A stretch of DNA of 64,000 bases from an uncultured virus (IMG/VR IMGVR_UViG_3300035210_000191) (lineage: Duplodnaviria > Heunggongvirae > Uroviricota > Caudoviricetes): IMG/VR virus record IMGVR_UViG_3300035210_000191; one strand, given 5' to 3'. The first letter of the stretch is position 1, and every line of letters begins with the position of its first letter. The notes below the pieces were generated by a model, which ran no database searches, was not told the origin of the DNA, and saw only the letters and a list, made by a program, of their open reading frames with translations. Below, one piece after another: positions 58,951 through 64,000 of the stretch. The position numbers and the translations under genes were made by a program.

Positions 58951-61347
58951 TCACTTTAGCAGTGAGTTGATTTCAATTTTTTCGTAACTGTTTTCTGTAT
59001 TCCTACTGGTAAATACATAAGCACTATCAGTCGTAATCGCTACATCTGTATCGTCGTTCAATATCGGGGTTTCACCGACTTTAACACTTTCAAACAAATC
59101 AAACACTGACGGCAATGTGTTCAAATACTCAACAAATGCTGGCATTCTCTCAGACAGCAAAGTGCCGTTGGTTTCGGCGGAATGCACATGACCATACAAG
59201 TTAGCATCCATGTAAACTACTTTCCTTTCAACCAAGTCGAGGTAAGCCACATACTTGGTCAAATTCTTACCTTTTACTTCAAAGACAAATTGAGCACGGC
59301 TTGGTTCGTAAAGATTACCTTCCTCAGCGTTCTCACCCATTTGCAATGTGCCCACTAAATCATCAGCCGCATCGAAAGGTTGGCTGTTGAATGACAAGAT
59401 ATTCCAAACAGCATAACGCACACCAGAATTAACCAGTTTGTCGATATACAAGTCAATCATCTGGCAACCACGACCTTGCGTATCTTGACTGATAACAGGG
59501 TCACCCGAGAAGACAGCACCAGCGTCTTGGGTTAAATAGGTATCTTGACCTGTATAAGAATAAGCAGCATTCCAGCAGCAAGCACCTTTTGAACCCCAAT
59601 TTTCATCAAAGAAGTTCCAGCTATTATCAAACCAGATGTTACCCGAATCTTTCATCTGCCAGTAACTTGCACTTCGAATGAAATTGATATTTTCAGGCAT
59701 ATCAAATACGGTACCACGACCATAATTAGCCGCAAGGTTTTGATCATTGGTTTGAAGCTTAATCTTACTTGTAGCTTTATCCAGCATAACGCCTTTTGGA
59801 AAGAGAACTTCCATACGCTTAGCAATCTCTGTATTGACAGCAGTTACGATAGTTTCTACAGCTTCTGCAGACAACATGACTTTGCCATTTTTAATAGGCT
59901 TATATATTTTTTTCTCAGGTGCTACATAACGTTGATACATAGGCTTTGGTGAAGGAATAAACATAGGCTCAGGAGCAGGCTCAAGATTACCTTTGAACTT
60001 TTCAATCAACATCGCTAAGGCGTCACTGGATGGGATTCCAGACTTAACTTCTGTAATAGCCGGTTGATCAACCTCAGTTTTTACGACTTCGACAATAACT
60101 GGTTCCATAACATCAACTGCTTTTACTTTTTGTTTCTTTTCTGCTTTCACAGGTGCTACGAATTCTTTTTCCACTGATGTGTCTTTTTCAACACGTTGAA
60201 TAAAGTGGGCATTTGTCCAGTTACCTTTTGGGGCATAGATAAAGTGCTGACGATCATTAATAGTGGTTACATACTTTTTCAACTTCAACAGTTGCAACGT
60301 ATCAAATTGATCAATCTTAGCCACAATCGCATCCACAGCTTTCTCACCAAACACTTCGTAAAGCTTGTGGAAACGACGCATCAAGTCACCTTGACGGTTT
60401 GAAAGCATATCAAACACTGTGTCATCTTTGGTCAACACTTTGTTTTCAACCTTGGCGTTGAAGCTTTTAAGCTCACCATTGCACAAAGTGCCATAGACAG
60501 CCGTTACTTTCGGGAAGTTGTAATCTTTTGGGTGAAGCTGGAACATAAATTTCTTCCAGTCTTGTTGACGCATAGCCACATCATCAGCCAAGTTATTAGA
60601 CTTATTTAACAAAGACAACAAAGCCTTACGTTCTTTACGAGAGAATTTTTTGAATTTTACTTTGGTGCGAAGTGAAACATCCGCATCGGACATTGCAGCA
60701 GCCAAACGCATGACATCGGTAGCGTCTTTAATAGTGAAATTAAGGCCGCTTTCAATCGCTTGCTTGATAATTACGATACCGTTCTCTTTGAAGCCGAAAT
60801 CGCTCAAATTGATGGTTTCTTGATTGTTGTTAGTCACCAACTGGATTGCGAAATCCTTTTGTTGGTCATTCCAACGGTTTTTAGATTGAATAAGAGTTTC
60901 CTTGATGTTATTCAAGGTGTCTTCTTTTTCAAGGTGCAGCACTTTCAAGTTCTTTTGATCTTTGAGAGCTGGACGCTCTACTTTGTCATCAGCAAAATAG
61001 TCTGGACTAAACCCAACATACATCAAAATTTGGCAGAACCAGTATTCAGCTTCAGATTTATCAAGCACTTCTTTTGGGAAGTTTTTGTAAACAACAGCCG
61101 AATCCATATCACGATCAGAAGCAGTCACCTCTTTGAAAGCAGGTTCCACAGACAACCAGAAGGATTCTAGATCTTGTGCTGAATAGGTTTGAAGTTGTTC
61201 GATGACTTCTCTGGATGGAGTCCAGCCATAGTGAACCATGTTGGCAAATACAGTAGACAGTTCTTCTTTGCTCGCAGGTGTGCTGGCAACAACGCGAGTT
61301 GCTTGCACAAAATTGTTTGCCAAAAGAATTGTGTTTGTATTTATCAT
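58951..61347 (-). CDS. Large helical-repeat + TerD-like domain protein (MXAN_6230/SCO0854-like family, no RING)
   Basis: YKNFPKEV...EAE, TDVMRLAAAMSDADVSL...KFKKFSRKERK.LL.LL, LHP.DY, R.GDL.R, YGRGT, FSGD...GCQMIDL...GVRY (TerD-like), YEPS; AGGAG SD; promoter TTGACT(61414)-17-TATTAT. Family assigned from memory. Confidence 0.65.
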   Translation of the reverse strand: MINTNTILLANNFVQATRVVASTPASKEELSTVFANMVHYGWTPSREVIEQLQTYSAQDLESFWLSVEPAFKEVTASDRDMDSAVVYKNFPKEVLDKSEAEYWFCQILMYVGFSPDYFADDKVERPALKDQKNLKVLHLEKEDTLNNIKETLIQSKNRWNDQQKDFAIQLVTNNNQETINLSDFGFKENGIVIIKQAIESGLNFTIKDATDVMRLAAAMSDADVSLRTKVKFKKFSRKERKALLSLLNKSNNLADDVAMRQQDWKKFMFQLHPKDYNFPKVTAVYGTLCNGELKSFNAKVENKVLTKDDTVFDMLSNRQGDLMRRFHKLYEVFGEKAVDAIVAKIDQFDTLQLLKLKKYVTTINDRQHFIYAPKGNWTNAHFIQRVEKDTSVEKEFVAPVKAEKKQKVKAVDVMEPVIVEVVKTEVDQPAITEVKSGIPSSDALAMLIEKFKGNLEPAPEPMFIPSPKPMYQRYVAPEKKIYKPIKNGKVMLSAEAVETIVTAVNTEIAKRMEVLFPKGVMLDKATSKIKLQTNDQNLAANYGRGTVFDMPENINFIRSASYWQMKDSGNIWFDNSWNFFDENWGSKGACCWNAAYSYTGQDTYLTQDAGAVFSGDPVISQDTQGRGCQMIDLYIDKLVNSGVRYAVWNILSFNSQPFDAADDLVGTLQMGENAEEGNLYEPSRAQFVFEVKGKNLTKYVAYLDLVERKVVYMDANLYGHVHSAETNGTLLSERMPAFVEYLNTLPSVFDLFESVKVGETPILNDDTDVAITTDSAYVFTSRNTENSYEKIEINSLLK

Positions 61348-61502
61348 GTTCAATATTTCTCCTAATTGATTTAATGTAACATCAAATAATACGCTCATAA
61401 AGCACTTAAGTCAAGCACCTTTATGCTTTTTTTTTTGATTTTTTGATAGCATATCTTCTTATATTATGATATCATTAGCCATCAATAATGTGGAGAGTAT
61501 TT

Positions 61503-62207
61503 ATGGCGTTTTTAAATTTTACAACCAAAGAAGAATTCATGGCTATTGTTTATTCTGCTAATGATACCGTTCGTTTAACTAATTCGAAAGACAGTCCTTC
61601 AGAAATCAGCCTTATTGAGTCGTTTGGTTTTGAAAGAATAGAGCGTGGCAGTATTGAACACGCTATTTCTTTGCATGGTATTACCTATCGTTTTATTGAT
61701 GAGACGACAGACACTACCATTTATATTTCATTCAGTAACCCTGTGAAGTTGTATACGGGCATCTCGTATATGCTAAATAAACATTTTTTCTCAACGTCCA
61801 AGAAAGTGTATCACAGAGAAAATAGCCAGCCAGCTTTTATTAGTTATCATGGTAGTGGTAAACCACATATTCAAAACTATGCAATCTATGGTAAAACACC
61901 ACCAATCACTATTATTGATGACAAAGAATACTCTTATCTGACCACTGTTACATCGACCAGAACGACTAAAGATTATCTATTCGAAAAACAAAAATGGCAC
62001 GCTACTCAATATCGGTTTAATAATAAATCAATGTCTCCATTACAGGTTACCTATTATAACGATAAATTTCCGACGAGCTTTATTGAATTCCATGCTTTAA
62101 AACGACTTTATCCTGATTTAGCTCGACTGGTTGGGTATGACCGCATTAATTTGAACAAAAGTCTGACACCCGAAGAAATAACGCTGCTTGAAATGATGAT
62201 GTTTTAA
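61503..62207 (+). CDS. Hypothetical protein with C-terminal MxxF motif
   Basis: GGAG SD; YHRENSQPAFI resembles phage HR.DGPA-type repeats; ends TLLEMMMF. Confidence 0.7.
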   Translation: MAFLNFTTKEEFMAIVYSANDTVRLTNSKDSPSEISLIESFGFERIERGSIEHAISLHGITYRFIDETTDTTIYISFSNPVKLYTGISYMLNKHFFSTSKKVYHRENSQPAFISYHGSGKPHIQNYAIYGKTPPITIIDDKEYSYLTTVTSTRTTKDYLFEKQKWHATQYRFNNKSMSPLQVTYYNDKFPTSFIEFHALKRLYPDLARLVGYDRINLNKSLTPEEITLLEMMMF

Positions 62208-62293
62208 AAAACGAATTTCGTTATTCAATGTCATATTCGTTGACCTAATCATCTTTTTTTGATATAATATTAAAATAAATTAAGGAGTTAAAC

Positions 62294-63478
62294 ATGTATC
62301 CAGTTATCAAGCACGGCTCAGAAGATTCTTTGGACATTGATGCGTATATCATCATTCCAGAACCACTCACTATGCAAGAAGCAAAAAAACTTTGCGATTC
62401 TTACAAAGAAGTGAACGGCAACCTTTTGAGCGTTAAAGACGGTGTGGTTAACTGGTGCTATAAAGGTACAGTGGATGAGTGTAACAACTCTATTCTGGCA
62501 ACCTATGCTCTGCACAAACAAGCAGCAGCCAACCCGATTACTGCAGCTTTGCCGCGTTCTTATGCATTGAAAATGATTCGTACTGTTCGTGGATTGCTTT
62601 CTTATCATTCTCGCACTGAAAAGCGTGAAGAAGTTAAAAAAGCATTACAATCTGCTGATATGTTGTTCAAGTTGGATGTGTTGACTGGCATTGATTTGCG
62701 TGATGTGGCTGACTATCAAAAATCTTCGTTGGTTGAAACCTACAAGTTCTTTGCTTTTCAGTTGGGTCAAACTATGGCACTGTTGAAAGACAACGTAGAG
62801 CTGTTTACTAAAAGCTCAGTGGCCGAATACTACCCAGAGTTGAGTGGTTACTTGCAGCGTAAAGAAGGCGAACCTGTAGACGCATTGCAAAAAATGTGGG
62901 CTGATTTTGGCACTTACTTGAAAGAAACTGTTCGTAAAGTTGAAAAGCATGAATTATATGCCACTGATTATCAGGGTGTTCGTGAAGTGTTCGATTGTAA
63001 AAAAGAAATCATCTTGCCTCCAGTGGTTGTATTCGATATTGATGGCACTTTGCTGGATGAAAAACACCGTGCTCAATACCGTGATGTGAAAGATTGGGAT
63101 AACTATTTTGACTTGTGTCACTTGGATACCCCTATTCAACACATTATTGATTTGACCAAAGAGTATCGTGCTAAAGGTTTCGAAATTTGGTTGATGAGTG
63201 GGCGAGTGGATCGAATCATGGACAAAACAATTAAATCTATGGAAGATTATGGGGTTTGTTATGACCGTATCAAATTGCGTAGCCCTGAAAACCGTGTTCC
63301 AGATTTTGTTATCAAGCCTGCTTGGATTTCAAAATACATCGGACTGGAACGTGTTGTAGCTGTTTATGATGACACTGACCGTGTAATTGAAGGATTCCGT
63401 AAAAAAGGATTGAATGTTATTGATGTCAAGTTGATGGCGGCTCCTGTTCAAGCAAAGAAGCCAAAATTAAAGCCTTGA
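62294..63478 (+). CDS. Fusion of nucleotidyltransferase-like N-domain and PNKP-type HAD phosphatase
   Basis: N-terminal HGSEDSLDID (GS...DxD); C-terminal FDIDGTL, LMSGR, PDFVIK, YDD (HAD motifs I-IV as in the T4 PNK phosphatase domain); AAGGAG SD. Confidence 0.75.
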   Translation: MYPVIKHGSEDSLDIDAYIIIPEPLTMQEAKKLCDSYKEVNGNLLSVKDGVVNWCYKGTVDECNNSILATYALHKQAAANPITAALPRSYALKMIRTVRGLLSYHSRTEKREEVKKALQSADMLFKLDVLTGIDLRDVADYQKSSLVETYKFFAFQLGQTMALLKDNVELFTKSSVAEYYPELSGYLQRKEGEPVDALQKMWADFGTYLKETVRKVEKHELYATDYQGVREVFDCKKEIILPPVVVFDIDGTLLDEKHRAQYRDVKDWDNYFDLCHLDTPIQHIIDLTKEYRAKGFEIWLMSGRVDRIMDKTIKSMEDYGVCYDRIKLRSPENRVPDFVIKPAWISKYIGLERVVAVYDDTDRVIEGFRKKGLNVIDVKLMAAPVQAKKPKLKP

Positions 63479-63588
63479 TGTTCAATTGAAATGTTTAATA
63501 TATTAAGCCATCTATAGTGATATAGTTGGCTTTTTTTTTCTAATTGTGATAAAATATTGATGTTATTTTATAAGTGGAGAAATTCAAA

Positions 63589-64000
63589 GTGACACAACCT
63601 TATGATTTACTTTTATCAGAGATAAAATCCTTTTATGATTTAGACAATTGCTCTGTCATTCAAGGCAGTCGATCAAATGTTTATTTACTGGATAGAAGTC
63701 CACGAGATTATCAATTTATGGTGAATCTCTTCAAACCTGAGACTGCCAATTATAATATTTCAAAAATAAAACAAATGTCATCGTTATATGATTTACTTCA
63801 TCATGTTGACACAGAATATTCAACCATCAGTAATAAACAGTTAAGAATTGAGATTTATGATGTTTCTGACACCAATGACAGAGGTCTTGTGCAAGTTTCT
63901 TTTGGAAATGTTCTTTATTTTTCAATAGAAAAAAAAGCAAAAACGACACCTGAAGATATTTATTTTAGTTCACTATTTTTGAAGGATAGCTCACGTATTG
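63589..64000 (+). CDS. 5' part of a hypothetical protein (runs off the window)
   Basis: GTG at 63589 after GGAG SD; frame open to the window end. Confidence 0.6.
   Translation, partial: MTQPYDLLLSEIKSFYDLDNCSVIQGSRSNVYLLDRSPRDYQFMVNLFKPETANYNISKIKQMSSLYDLLHHVDTEYSTISNKQLRIEIYDVSDTNDRGLVQVSFGNVLYFSIEKKAKTTPEDIYFSSLFLKDSSRI

Noticed and set aside
1..64000. Definite assignment as phage versus plasmid, or to a named host
   Set aside because: No capsid, terminase, polymerase, rep, par or complete conjugation genes in this window; only suggestive gene content.

Overview
AT-rich, gene-dense 64-kb stretch with about 75 mostly monocistronic genes. Most have their own sigma70-type (often extended -10, TGnTATAAT) promoter, and many end in a UUCG/GNRA-capped intrinsic terminator. 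I see no rRNA, canonical tRNA, CRISPR array, integrase/transposase, replication or virion-structural genes. The content fits an accessory region of a jumbo phage or giant plasmid-like element of a gammaproteobacterium (Pseudomonas-like DnaK, PAS-MCP and PilZ proteins); this is inference. Recognisable genes: two MoxR-type AAA+ / metallopeptidase-vWA pairs (one ATPase fused to BRCT), a PAS-PAS chemoreceptor, PilZ, Bfd, a PTH2-like protein, NADAR, DUF4326, ADP-ribosylglycohydrolase, Nudix, two kinase-like proteins, four DEDDh exonucleases, a Spy/CpxP-like protein, a solo DnaK, CYTH, three secreted Cys-containing paralogs, a large TerD-like (MXAN_6230/SCO0854-like) protein and a nucleotidyltransferase-like/HAD phosphatase fusion. 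Two unexplained signals stand out. (1) Two minus-strand non-coding transcription units (about 50.46-50.67 kb and 51.96-52.18 kb) each run promoter, two tandem hairpin units, terminator. All four units share AGGCUA-N7-GGUUCCUUCUAA with covarying stems and anticodon-loop-like heptamers in the loops, suggesting a possibly undescribed structured ncRNA family. (2) About 22 otherwise unrelated or weakly related proteins end in the same C-terminal signature (hydrophobic helix, M-x-x-[I/F]-stop), suggesting a shared targeting or docking tag. All family assignments come from motif recognition, not database searches.
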